Assembly (NCBI GenBank): GCA_965178125.1
Contig: OZ237760.1
Coordinates: 434,001 to 498,000 of the forward strand
Origin: Bilabrum cf. latius
Taxonomy: Eukaryota
DNA: 64,000 nt
Reading direction: 5' to 3'
Positions 48,718-59,656 of the stretch are shown here, piece after piece (the stretch's first letter is position 1; every line of letters begins with the position of its first letter). The notes beneath the pieces were generated by a model. It was not told where the DNA came from and did no database searches. It saw nothing but the letters and a program-made list of their open reading frames with translations. The position numbers and the translations under genes were made by a program.

Positions 48718-51700
48718 ATGTCTGACGATGGGCAGTCTGGGCAAGACGTGTCAGTTTGCGGCGTCGAGGTCCTGGCACAAACTATTGCTTCGAACAGCTA
48801 CTTTAACGCATCGATCGCAGCGCTAGTGCGGGAAGGAGAGGTGCCTCCATCGCAGCTAGAAGTATGGCCATGCCCAGTGAGAATTTACGATTTTTTCTGG
48901 TCGTGTAGCTTCTGATTGCGATCTGGGCTTGTGGCTCTCGCATGCGCCTGACGCCTCAAACACAACTCTACCCGCGAGATTCGCAGTTTGATGGCGCTTG
49001 CATCGTAAACAGGACATTGTTACAAGTTGAATGCAAGCCTGGATACACTGGAATCCTGTGTGGGGCATGCGATGAAGACCATGGAAGATCGCTGCGGTCT
49101 GGCTGCCAGGAGTGTCCCAACCCCGTGGTTGCCTGGACGCTCGTGCTGCTCGTGGCAAGCTTTGCGCTTATCCTAGCGTTCTTGGCAATCTTGCGAGTGG
49201 TGCGGCAGCGGCCAGCGAAGGAGCGGATGCCGGGCGAGAGCCAGCGAGAGATGGTCGGGACTGCCAAGATCCTGCTCGGGTTTATGCAAACCATGAGCTT
49301 CTTCGCTACATTCCAGCTCGATTGGCCCGATAGCATTGCTGGATTGTTTGAGGTGACGGGATCGGTGTCTGGTGCAGGGCTGCAGCTCAGCTTCATCGAC
49401 TGCGCGTTCGGCTGGACCTCGGACAAGCGCTTCCTGGCCACATTGATGCTGCTGCCGGCGGTCGTCCTGGCCCCTGCCATCGGGATTCTGATTGCGACCT
49501 ACTAGCACAATGTCGAGGAGTCAAAGCGGATAGAAAAGGACAAAGACGCAGTCCCCGTCCCTCTGACGCTGTTTGGTGTGAGCCCGCTGTCCCTCTATAC
49601 TACCACGGTCATGTTTGCAGGGACCATTCTGTATCCGATCGTCACAGCCGAGGCGGTGTCCATGCTCTTCTGCATCGAAGTGGACGGGAAATCGTACCTT
49701 GCGTCTGATCTGCGGGTGAGCTGCGATGCTGCCGCTCACGGCAGCTACAGGATTCTCGCGGTGCTCGCTTGTGTGGTGGTGACCATCGGCCTGCCTCTCG
49801 GGTCCTTCCTACTGCTGTACCAGTTCAAGGAGGAACTCGACTCGGTCAGGGCGCGCAGACGGCTGTATTTCTTGTTCTCGGGCTATCGGAAGGAAATGTT
49901 TGGGCACGAATCGGTGATCATGCTGCGCAAAGCCGCCCTCGTGTCGATCGCGTCCCTGCCGCCCACGGTCGGACCCGATCGGCAGTTCACGCTCGGAGTC
50001 ATCACACTGGTAGTCGCGCTGACCATTCAGCTGTATACGCACCCGCACGAAGACAAGATGCAAGGAAGGCTTGAGCAGACCTCGATTCTGGCATCGCTGG
50101 CGTGCTTGCTGCTGGGGTAGCTGATCCTAAACTCGAGCGACGCAAGCAATGAGGCGTTTCGGGTGGCAGCAAGCGTCTTCATTATGGTCGTTACTCTAGG
50201 AACGATGCTGTTCGGGCTGAGTCTCATTGCGTGGGACGTGTATCAGACTGCCGTTTCGGCCCAGCTGGCAGAGCGCATGCAGCGCGCTCTCAAGAAGCTC
50301 GAGCAGCGGGAGCGGCGGCAGCGGGGGCGACTGCGGGCGCAGACATCGATGTTCCACATCGCCAGCACCTCGTACTCGTCATCTTCGTCGGACGAGGAGA
50401 GTGGTAGTAAACCAAGCAAGCAGAAGAATGCTGGCAGCAGCCGCGGCGGTGGAGACCCAGAGGGGCAAGGGGAAGAGGAGCTGGAGACCAGCTGGATTCT
50501 GCAGCTGGCCGCGTGCATTCAGTCTTGCAGGCGACAGGCGGACTCGGCAGGAGTGTGCTGCAGCCGCCTTGGAGCCCAGGTACGAGCGTGGGCTGGCTGC
50601 AGGTGCGCGCCCCTAGATTTTTTCATGGATCAGCTTCCCGAGGGCGACGACGATTCGCACGAATGGACGGGCAACATAGCAGGCTTGGGGGAGGCCGGCG
50701 AGGAGGGTGGGATTGGGGCCAGCATCCGCAGGTTGCAGAGCTTCCGCAGCCCGGGAAGTGCACGGAATAGAAAGCGAAGCAGGAGCAGGGCGCTGTCTAG
50801 CTTGCGACCGAGGCTGGGAGCTTCCGCTCCTGGGGCGGGCCTCGGGCAGGCCTCAAGCCGCAGTCTGCTGCGGAGCCTGTCCTCTCGCTCGACGGGTCAA
50901 GGCGCAGAGGCAGGAGCAGGAGGCGGGATTCAGCAGGGCTTCAAGTTCTCGCCTCGGGCGAGCTCGGGGCCAAGACCAGAGACAGATTTGGACGATGAAG
51001 GAAGCATGAGTCGGGGCGGCTCAGTGGCTCTCGGCCCGGGCGGAGCTCACTCAGCAGCGGGGAGCTCGGGCCCCAGCCGCAGGCAGTCTGTGGCTGGGTC
51101 CAGCGTGGCAGGCGCAGGCATGTCCAGGCGGGCCAGTGTGGCGGCAGCTGCCGAAGCCATGCTGGTGTGGAGGCAGATGACCCACCCAGTCTCCGGTCAG
51201 GTGTACTGGTACAACACCCACAGCAAGGAGACAAGCTGGGAGAAGCCTAGGGTCCTGGAGCAGGCAGCCCAGCAGAAAGCCAAGGAGGACGCTGCGTGGC
51301 GGCGAAAGGCCCACCCGGCCAATGGGCTGCCGTACTGGTACAATGCCGTGCTGCAGCAGACCCAATGGCAGAGGCCTGCTGACTTCCCGGTGCAGGAGGA
51401 GGAAGGGTGGGTGTTGCTCAAGCACCCCAGGAAGCAAGGCATGCTGTACTATGCTAACCTGATCACCAGGCAGCAGCAGATATCGCGCCCCAAAGGATTC
51501 ATCCGCACGCCAGAGAACATGATGCACCCGCAGATTAGGGCGGCTCTGGCGGCTCTGGCTGACAGGGTGCCAACCGAGGAGGAGGTGAAGCGGTTCTTGT
51601 CGTGGGCGACTGGCGAGGGCACGGGTGGGGAGGATGGGTCTGCGAGTGGTGCGGGTGCGGGTGCCAACCTAGCGGGGCAGGGCGATGGTACTGGGGGCGG

Positions 51701-52466
51701 GTCCTCGGTGGCGCGGCGGCGGCGGAGCAGGCTGGTCGGGGTTGTGAATCCGTCTTCCGGCCTGGGTATCGCTAGAGCCAGTGCTGGTAGCGAGCCAAGG
51801 GTAGGTTCCGCTCTGCAGTCCACACCCAGCGCGAGTTCGCCAGGGGTGGGTATGGGTCATCACTCGGAGAGTCACACACCGCGACAGCTGTTCCAGAGCC
51901 AGAGCAAGCAGCAGCGGAAGCATGGTACGAAAGTGCGGGACAGCAGGCGCAGGTCAGACCAGCCGTCGCCGTCGATGACAGAGCAAAGAAGGAGCAGGGA
52001 TAGCAGGAAGCGGATGAAGAGAAGCGGGACAGTGGCGGGAGCAAACACAGGGCCAGGAACACGGGGTCCCGGGAAGAGGCAGGGGGGACTTGAGCCGAGG
52101 ACACCCGCAGGAACACAGTCCGTATAGAAGCGGAGTCAGGCTGTCGGCGATACAGGGCGCAAATCACCTGCCTTGTCATCGCAAAGCCAGATGAAGAAGC
52201 TGTCCAAGGATAGCATCAGCGGCAAGGAATGTGGCAGGCAGAGACAAGACGCGAGCGATGGCAGCAGCAAAAGCAAGGGCAAGAGCAAAAGCAAGAGCAA
52301 GAGCAAGAGCAAGAGCAAGAGCAAGAGCACGAGCAAAAGCAAGAGCGAGAGCACCCAGAGTCCGCTTCCTCCGGGTTGGCAGCGGTACTACAGCGAGAGC
52401 AAACAGAGGGAATACTTCGTTAGGGAGGGATCGGGGGAGAGCACTTGGGAGAGACCCGAGGCTTGA
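48718..52466 (+). CDS. Multipass membrane protein with Cys-rich N-terminal region and cytoplasmic tail carrying four WW domains
   Basis: Probable intron 48862-48908; ORFs 48942, 49578, 50163 and 52173 joined by 3 TAG; ends TGA. CKPGYTGILCGAC, many hydrophobic segments, YLASDLRVSC, WW motifs W...YWYN...SWEKP, W...YWYN...QWQRP, one degenerate copy, LPPGW...YF...TWERP. Confidence 0.82.
52266..52346 (+). repeat. Coding hexanucleotide microsatellite (AGCAAG)n encoding (Ser-Lys)n
   Basis: Directly visible run, in frame with the terminal WW domain. Confidence 0.9.
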
Positions 52467-52816
52467 TTGATGGGATGGTGCTGTGCTGCCAGTGGCTTGA
52501 GTGCTGGCGTCGGGTCCGACATACGCGAACAGGACAGGACAAGTGGACAGCTGGTGCGCTGGTGCGCATGGACGGGAGGGTACCGCTGATAGAATTAGAT
52601 CTATGTTGATCAGAATTGCATACTGCATGTACTGTGGTTACTGATGTACGATTTGCCAAGCCAACAACAACTTCACTTGCCAGCGAGCTCGGCGGCACTC
52701 GTCACGATCCGAAACTGTCGTTTCGACCCGTTGGGCCACCGTCGCTAGACCTACAATTTTCAGGCCCCTCTCCACATAGGCAGGACCACCAGATACCTCG
52801 AAAGTATTTTATTGTA

Positions 52817-55187
52817 ATGGTTTCTACAGATGTTGTTTTATTTTAGAGAGAGCCGCACGTGTGTGAGATTGAGGTGGAAGGTGAACACTTGCTCGACCCT
52901 TTCGAGTTGCTGCGACTGGAGCACTGGAAGTTCGCACGATTGGAACACGTGATGAAAGACCCAGACATGTTTCAGATCATGAAGGACGAGGCAAGTCGAG
53001 CGTTCCGAGAAATTGCCAAGAAGTGCCATCCCGACTACGATGGGACCAGACCGATTCTCGGACGTGTGATGGATCCGCATCGTCTACTGCACCAGTTAGA
53101 CAAGGCAAAACGAATATTGACATCTAAGGGAGAGTTTTCACATTTTGTCTCCCAAGCGTTTGCCCAAACTGAAAAGGTAAGTGGTCCAGTCATGTGTGCG
53201 CCAGCTCGCGCGAGTCGTTGCGCATGTGTTGCTGCTGCCAGCGCACCAAACGTATCTCTCAGACATACAAGTTCGTTCGTACATCCAAGTTCGATCGTTT
53301 TTTGATTCGCAGCCCGGCTTAAGCCCGAGCCTGAAGCTGCAGGATGCTCTGGAATCTCTGTGCGGCACCCACGATTCTTACCTGCAGACGTTGCACGCCC
53401 ACATGAACAGAGAGCGGTAGAGGCTGCACGGCATTGTGGTGCTCAAGGCAATCGTAGGCCGATTCAGTCCCCGCGTGCTGCAGGCCGCTTGCTCCCAGGA
53501 CACGTCTGCAGCCGATCTGGCGATGCTTGCCGCGCTCAGCGCTGGGGCGCCAGTGACAGACGCGACCAGGCCCGCGCAGATGCTGGCGACAATCCACGAG
53601 GCTCGGCCCGCCGCGGGCGGCAGGCCCGCCAGGGCAGCATCGGTCAGCCTGAGGGCGCACGGCAGCGGTCCACCGGTGGACTGGCCGGGGGTGGTCAGAC
53701 CGGAGGACGCCTCTTTCGGTCCCGCGCGGCACCGGGGCGGGCATTCGGATCCTGAAGATGAAGACAGGAAGCTGCCCCTGCAGCTTGCGGTGATGTACCT
53801 GCTGCAAGGGTACAAGCACCTGGCCGTGGTACCTGCCAGCGGGGTGCAAGTCGGTGGGGGGGCCGAGGGTGCGGGGCCCGCCGTGCTGTCGATCCCCAGG
53901 AGGGCTCACCTGCTGCCCCCCAAGGAGCTTAAGCTGATGGGAGGCGGGGCAAATGATATGGAGGGGCAAGGGGAAGGAGGGGCGGTAGTGCTGGACGCGC
54001 ACGGTGAGGGTCGGGCCCGGGAGCTGCTGGAGGGGATACCGAGCGGGGTGCATCCCCTTGCGGTGCAGAATGACGCGGAGAGTGCGGTGCAGCAGGCAAA
54101 GGCCGAGGCAGACGCAGCGGCTGCGTCTGCCTTGGAGCGAACCTTCAGGAACCCGCGGGGAGGTCGCAAAGGCAGGAATGGGCCTCGTGCGGCCGCGGCC
54201 CACGCGGGCGCAAAGGCGTGGGCGGCGCTGCAGAGGTGCCTGAAGCTGCCCAGCGGGGGCGCCACGGGTGCGATGGTGCGGCCGATCGGAGCTCCCAGTG
54301 AGGCATTTTGCGAGAAGCCTGGGGCCTCGGGGCGAGTGGGAGAGGTAGAGAGCTCGCTGGTGGAGCAGCTGGACATGCTTGCGGAGATGATGCCTGGGGT
54401 GGTGCACGGGAACAAGGGGAAGGGAAAAGGGGCGGTGCAGGTGATGGTGCGTCTGCACAAGACTGGAATAGACCATGGTGGTGGCGGCAAGGCAAGGGCA
54501 GGGCTAGGCTAGGCACCACGCACGCCACTGGGGGCGAGTCGAGCATCCAATGTTTCCGGTGGTACGGGAGTGCGCGGGTCGGCAGCACTGCACCATCGCG
54601 CGGCCCCGGGGAGCCGCGCTCGGCCTCGGCTACACGCACCCGGCACGGGGGTGCAGCGCACGGTAGTGCGGACCGCGAGGAGGGCGGCAGTCGCGCGCGG
54701 GCGGGCGTGTCATGCTGCAGAGGAGAGCAGGAGAACGCTTGATCTGGATCTTGGTCTTGGCCTGCGGGACGTGCTAGGGGCTGGCGTGGATATGGAGATG
54801 GTGGGTGCGGGGGAAGGGGGCCGGAGGGGAGATGGTGGCTTGGGGCTTCCACTGTCGTGCAATGCATCCGTGGCCAGCTCCCAGACGGCGTCAGCCCTGC
54901 ACGAAGCAGATGGTGACAGACGGCAGAGGCAGCGGGAGGCGGCTGTGGCTGAGCTGGCACACAGTACGGACAGGCTGGTGCGGGTCTCTACAGCCGAGGC
55001 GGCGCAGGATCGTGCGGGCAGGTGCATGGTGGCCCTGCCTAGAGCGGTTTCGAGTGGGCTTGAGCCGGTGGCATTGGCAGCCTGGCTCGTTGTGACCTGT
55101 GTGTTGGCCGGATGGCGGGCTGCAGCAAAGGGCGAGAGGGGCCCGGAGGCTGCAGCAGCGCATGCCGGCAAAGCCAAGAGGGTTTGA
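52817..55187 (+). CDS. J-domain (DnaJ-like) protein with C-terminal hydrophobic segment
   Basis: DPFELL...RAFREIAKKCHPD...LDKAKRIL (HPD motif); intron 53177-53312 (GTAAGT...TCGCAG); ORFs 53436 and 54570 joined by TAG; ends TGA. Start uncertain. Confidence 0.7.
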
Positions 55188-55414
55188 TAGCCTATTGAAG
55201 CGCCGTGGAAGACAACAGCCAGATCTATCGAATAGAATGTATTTCATGCGCTGACATTGCACTGGTAGGCCTGGCCCTGGGAGTCCGGGAAAGCCCTCCT
55301 GGACAACGGCAATGACAGCGCGATTTCCGCGAGCTCACTCGTCACTGTGGCACCTCGACTGTTTCGATCTTCAAGTTGAATCCCTAAGTAGATCTAGGAA
55401 CCACCAGTTTCAGA

Positions 55415-57193
55415 ATGCAGGCAGAAGACGACGGCGACCGAGGCGCGTTTACGCACCAAGCGGACATGCCTTGCCCACGACCATGCATGGCAAGATTTGG
55501 ACCTTAGGGGTAGCTTGTTGTTGTATCGAGCAAAACATGTGTATTGAATCGCGGTTGCCATTCTCTTGATACAAAAATGCGACATTAGGTTTCACGCGCT
55601 GTTTCAGCTGGTGTTATTGTGCTTGAAGGAGTTTCCAGTATTATGTTGCGTGACGTGCAGAGGGGTCCATTGCAGGAACAGGGACTCACCTACGAGGCCA
55701 TGCTTGGTCACTTCGAGCAGTGTGCAGTATCTATGGATAGACAAGATATCAGGAATGCCATCCCAAAGTTTGAAGCATTATGCGCCTCGCGGGCTCGAGC
55801 ATAGCGGCAGAGGCGGGCTGCCCGTATGGCTCGTGACGGCGTGGCCACGGATCTAATTGATTCCTTAAGCAGCGAGGATGATAGCTCCAGCAAGGGATCC
55901 CAAGACTCTGCTGATGACGATCCCTTCTCCAGCTCGCAGGACAGTGATAGCAGCACATCAGGGAGTGATAGCTCGAGGGAAGGTAGCAGCGAGGATGAGT
56001 CTCAACGGCAAGAGCAGAGGTATTCAAGTGTTCGCAAAACCAGAATACCATAGCATGACGTCGCATCGGCTGCTATACGTGCTGCTCAGGGGTTGCTGTC
56101 TACAAACGTTTCCGCGTCATCGGACTGGAATGACTCTTCTGAGTTCGAAGATTCATCACATGATTCTGGAAGTGATGCTAGCGTAGGAAGCGAATTCAAG
56201 AGCAGCAAGAACTTCTCAGCTGAATCCGTCCGAGATGCATTGGTGGAACTTAGGGATTCCATGGCATTTCCAACTAGCTCATGTACGCTCCGACCCAGGA
56301 GCCATTTGTGTGTATTGGTTGTTCCTATCGCGTTAAGTTACTACGACTGCCATATCGCAAACCCGACATCTTTATTAGTTGATCTTGTTGACGCTGGATT
56401 GAGCAGTGATATGTGCAACTAGCAATTTGGTGGTTGGGAGGGCCGTGACTCGCACCCTGCTGGCAAGCTACTGGTTGATGACGTTTTGGAAGCAGCGGCG
56501 CAAGACATTGATGTTTCAACTCTGCATCAAATCTTGGCTCTTTCTGCTCAAGTTGGACAGAGAAATACGGTGCAAGTTCATAGTGGCAGTATGCAAAGTA
56601 GGGTCGTATCGTCATTTTGCAGAGATGTTTTTAAGACTAGCCCATCTTCACGACTCCAAAAACTGGTTCCACATAAGTAGCAGGGCAGAACGCGTAGCTA
56701 GAGCTTTAATGTTGAGAGAGAGGGCAGGACAATCGCATCAATTGATAGCGGAGCAACATACTCAGGCCGTAGACCTTCTGCCCGTAAACGGCTTCCCATT
56801 GATTTTGTTTCAGCTCATAGTGAGGTTGGTGACAGCCTTTGGACGTTGGATATGAAGTCATTTGCATCGCTACATTACGCGTAGTCAAGCTCTAGTATGA
56901 TTGAACGTGGCCAAATCAGTAAAGTTGCTGCAAAACTTATCCCAATGGACGAACAACCTATTGGTGGTTTACAGATGCAGTGGCAGGGGTGCTGTTCAGT
57001 TTGCGAAGAAAAGGTTCTTGGTCGAGCCATTGTGTGTCCAAAGTGTGGACATGGCGGGCACGTTGATCACTTAGAAGCCTTGTTTTTATCTCCAGATGCA
57101 AGTGAATGCCCAAGTGGCTGCGGTTGTGATTGTGCACGTGCACTTACTGCATTCAGGCAAGAGTTGAATGGTGAAATTGGTTTCGAGAACTGA
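55415..57193 (+). CDS. WDR59: WDR59/Sea3-like GATOR2 subunit, C-terminal half only, 592 aa
   Basis: One frame with 9 TAG; ends TGA. MPCPRPCMARFGP-TAG-G-TAG-LV, HPAGKLLVDDVL...DVSTL, and C-terminal CSVC...CPKCGHGGH..H...CPSGCGCDC zinc/RING domain. Confidence 0.75.
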
Positions 57194-57477
57194 ATCTTAA
57201 TACCGTGGTGTGGGATAAGCTGCTTTTTCGGTATCTTAATGCGTATCAGCTAAACATTACGTTCACAACTGCCCAGCCAGCCACGGAAGAGATCAATATG
57301 AGATGCATAAAGTGTTTATCAAATGTAAGCGCAAAGTAACGATCCGGCCGAAATGCTTACCTCATAATTTTACATGCACAAGACAGTTACTCTCAGTCAT
57401 ATTCATTTATACAAACATTATGGTGAGATTCATTTTGATGCAGACACCTTACATTTATATTTAACATTTAGAGCAGA

Positions 57478-58826
57478 TCAATCAAGTAAATCAAAAACTG
57501 GATGCTGTAGCAGATCTCGAGCTGCCGGTCTTTGCCGAGGATCTTGTTGCATGCACAAACAAACCAAATCAAGCAAATGCGCGCATACAATGGGTGACTA
57601 CACAACCATTGCTGGGTCAATCTCTGACAAAGTTCTCATGAAAAAACCCTCATGGACGGGAGTACACAGGCTATCGAAAGTCATCTTAGCTAGCTTGAAA
57701 CTTCCTTGCTATTTGACGAGGTCCTTAGGATATCCAACCCTAGAGCCGATGCCGAATTTAGCCTCGATATCGTACGTTGAAACTTCCTTGGAGCCAAGTA
57801 CAGACGTGTCAATCAAAGCGTTTAATTCAAGTAAACTGAACTTGTCATCTCTCTCAATTATAAGGGGGTAGTGTCGGGCAGCTATAGAGCGAATGATAAC
57901 CCCGATAGCCCACACGTCAATCTTATCACTTTGCTCGTGTGAAGCAATGAGCACTTCGGGCGGTCGAAATCCGGCTGTGCCAGCGCGCTCTGCTTTTGCA
58001 GATGGCAACGAGCTGGCTGGAATTGGCGACAATATTCTGCAACCTACATCACTTCTCCCCGGAACACTTAATGCGCCTGCATGCAGGATTTTCTTTGGTG
58101 CAGGTGCTCTTGACTTTTTCACTGAGCAAACTTCTCGGAACTACTTGGATCCAACTTCAATTGACGGCTACGCCAACCCGTAGTCGATTAATACACCACT
58201 TCTTCCGTCACAATCGTACAAGAAGTTTGCCGGCTTGACATCCCTGTGCACTATACCCGCGGATTGCACCAGCGCGACCTGCTCAAGCAGCTGCCTAGCA
58301 ATCTGTACGAGTTCAAATAGTCCGGCATCTTCAAGAAGATACTGCGGGGCACAAGTATCCAAACAATATTTGATTCTCTAAGCATGAATATATATGCCCG
58401 CGAGGAGTATTGCAGGTTGGTCAGTGTCTCACCCGGATGGAAGCTGTGGCTCTAAGCTGGGAGATGAATATATGACTGTGTGGCACAGTGGCCGCAAATC
58501 CACAAGATAGACACTCTGACCCCACCCTGCGAGGCAGTGGTGTGATGTGACTGCTCGTACGAATACAACATGTTAAATGCGTTTTTGACCTATTCTGGCT
58601 TTGCCAGCGTGATCTCTCACACTTGCTCAAGCTAGCGCAAGCAATTGGTTTCTCGATGCACCCTGGCCAGTTTATTATCGTCGTTTATGAACTTGACAGC
58701 TAGGTCTGGCGCTTCTCGGGTCGATTTAAACTAAGCGGACTACACCGAGGCGAATGAACCTGAACCGAGCGGCTCTCCTGCTACGATTCCAAGCTTATCT
58801 AGCGGAAACTAAGCAGCAGCGTCCAT
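57478..58826 (-). CDS. CDC7: CDC7-like Ser/Thr kinase
   Basis: LGSGSFASV, LAVK, IVHRDVKPANFLY, LIDYGLA-TAG, insert, RAGTAGFRPPEVL, IDVWAIGVI, DPRQRP...LQHPVF. Two probable introns in 58378-58620; 8 TAG; ends TGA. Confidence 0.85.
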
Positions 58827-59017
58827 ACCTATGGAGTTTAGGTTTGTCGACGAACGCTTGCCTCAAATACGAATGAACACGTGCAGGAGGTGCGTCCGAA
58901 TTTTGAACTGCACATGCGATGTCAACACCGGAACAACCACATGGTTCGCCGATTGGGTACAGAATTTTGGATCGCAGGCTTGGATGCGGTAGTAAAATCT
59001 GCCGCTGCCTTTTAAAA

Positions 59018-59476
59018 ATGTCTCAAGCAACACTAGATGCGCGAGCATCAGCAGCTGTATCACGTATTATGGCCATTGTCGAAGATTCTGTTGGTAAAGG
59101 GAGTGCGGCGCGTAATACCGCACAACCAGTCACCACTGCCGCGAGCACGACCTTATCAGTGCATGGTCATTTTGGCCTAGGTTATGTTGAGCTCGGAGGT
59201 GCTGTCGAAGCCGATGTTGGCCGGCCGAATGGGCAAATCAGCGCGGAAGGAGTTTCAAGTCTCGTAGGGAAGCGTCTTGCCGGTGACACACGTCGAAAGA
59301 GGCGGCGGCTTGAGGGTCAGGGCCGAGACATGGACGAAGAAGTCGATGCATTAAATGATTCTGCATTTGCATCGAGTGGGTCTGTGCATAAAAAGAAAAG
59401 CCGAGGCAGCGTCGTGCGCATGCCCAAGGGCAGTTCCTTCGCAGATCTCCAGCCCGGCCAGCGCGGAATGACATGA
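59018..59476 (+). CDS. Small hypothetical protein, about 152 aa, with basic NLS-like motifs
   Basis: AAAAATG start context divergent from CDC7; open to TGA TGA; contains RRKRRR and HKKKSR. No homology recognised. Confidence 0.45.
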   Translation: MSQATLDARASAAVSRIMAIVEDSVGKGSAARNTAQPVTTAASTTLSVHGHFGLGYVELGGAVEADVGRPNGQISAEGVSSLVGKRLAGDTRRKRRRLEGQGRDMDEEVDALNDSAFASSGSVHKKKSRGSVVRMPKGSSFADLQPGQRGMT

Positions 59477-59656
59477 TGAGCGGGCTGATCGGCCGACAGC
59501 TCTCCTTACAAGAAGAAACGAATTGTCCGCGCAGATGCACGAAAGCGCAGGCGTATAGTAAGTGTGTGTGGTGGGTAGAAGAGCAGCGTGCTTGGAGCTC
59601 AGCACGCGCTCCCGAAATAGAGCTAAAACTTGCCATGGTACGGTTGCTTGTATCGC

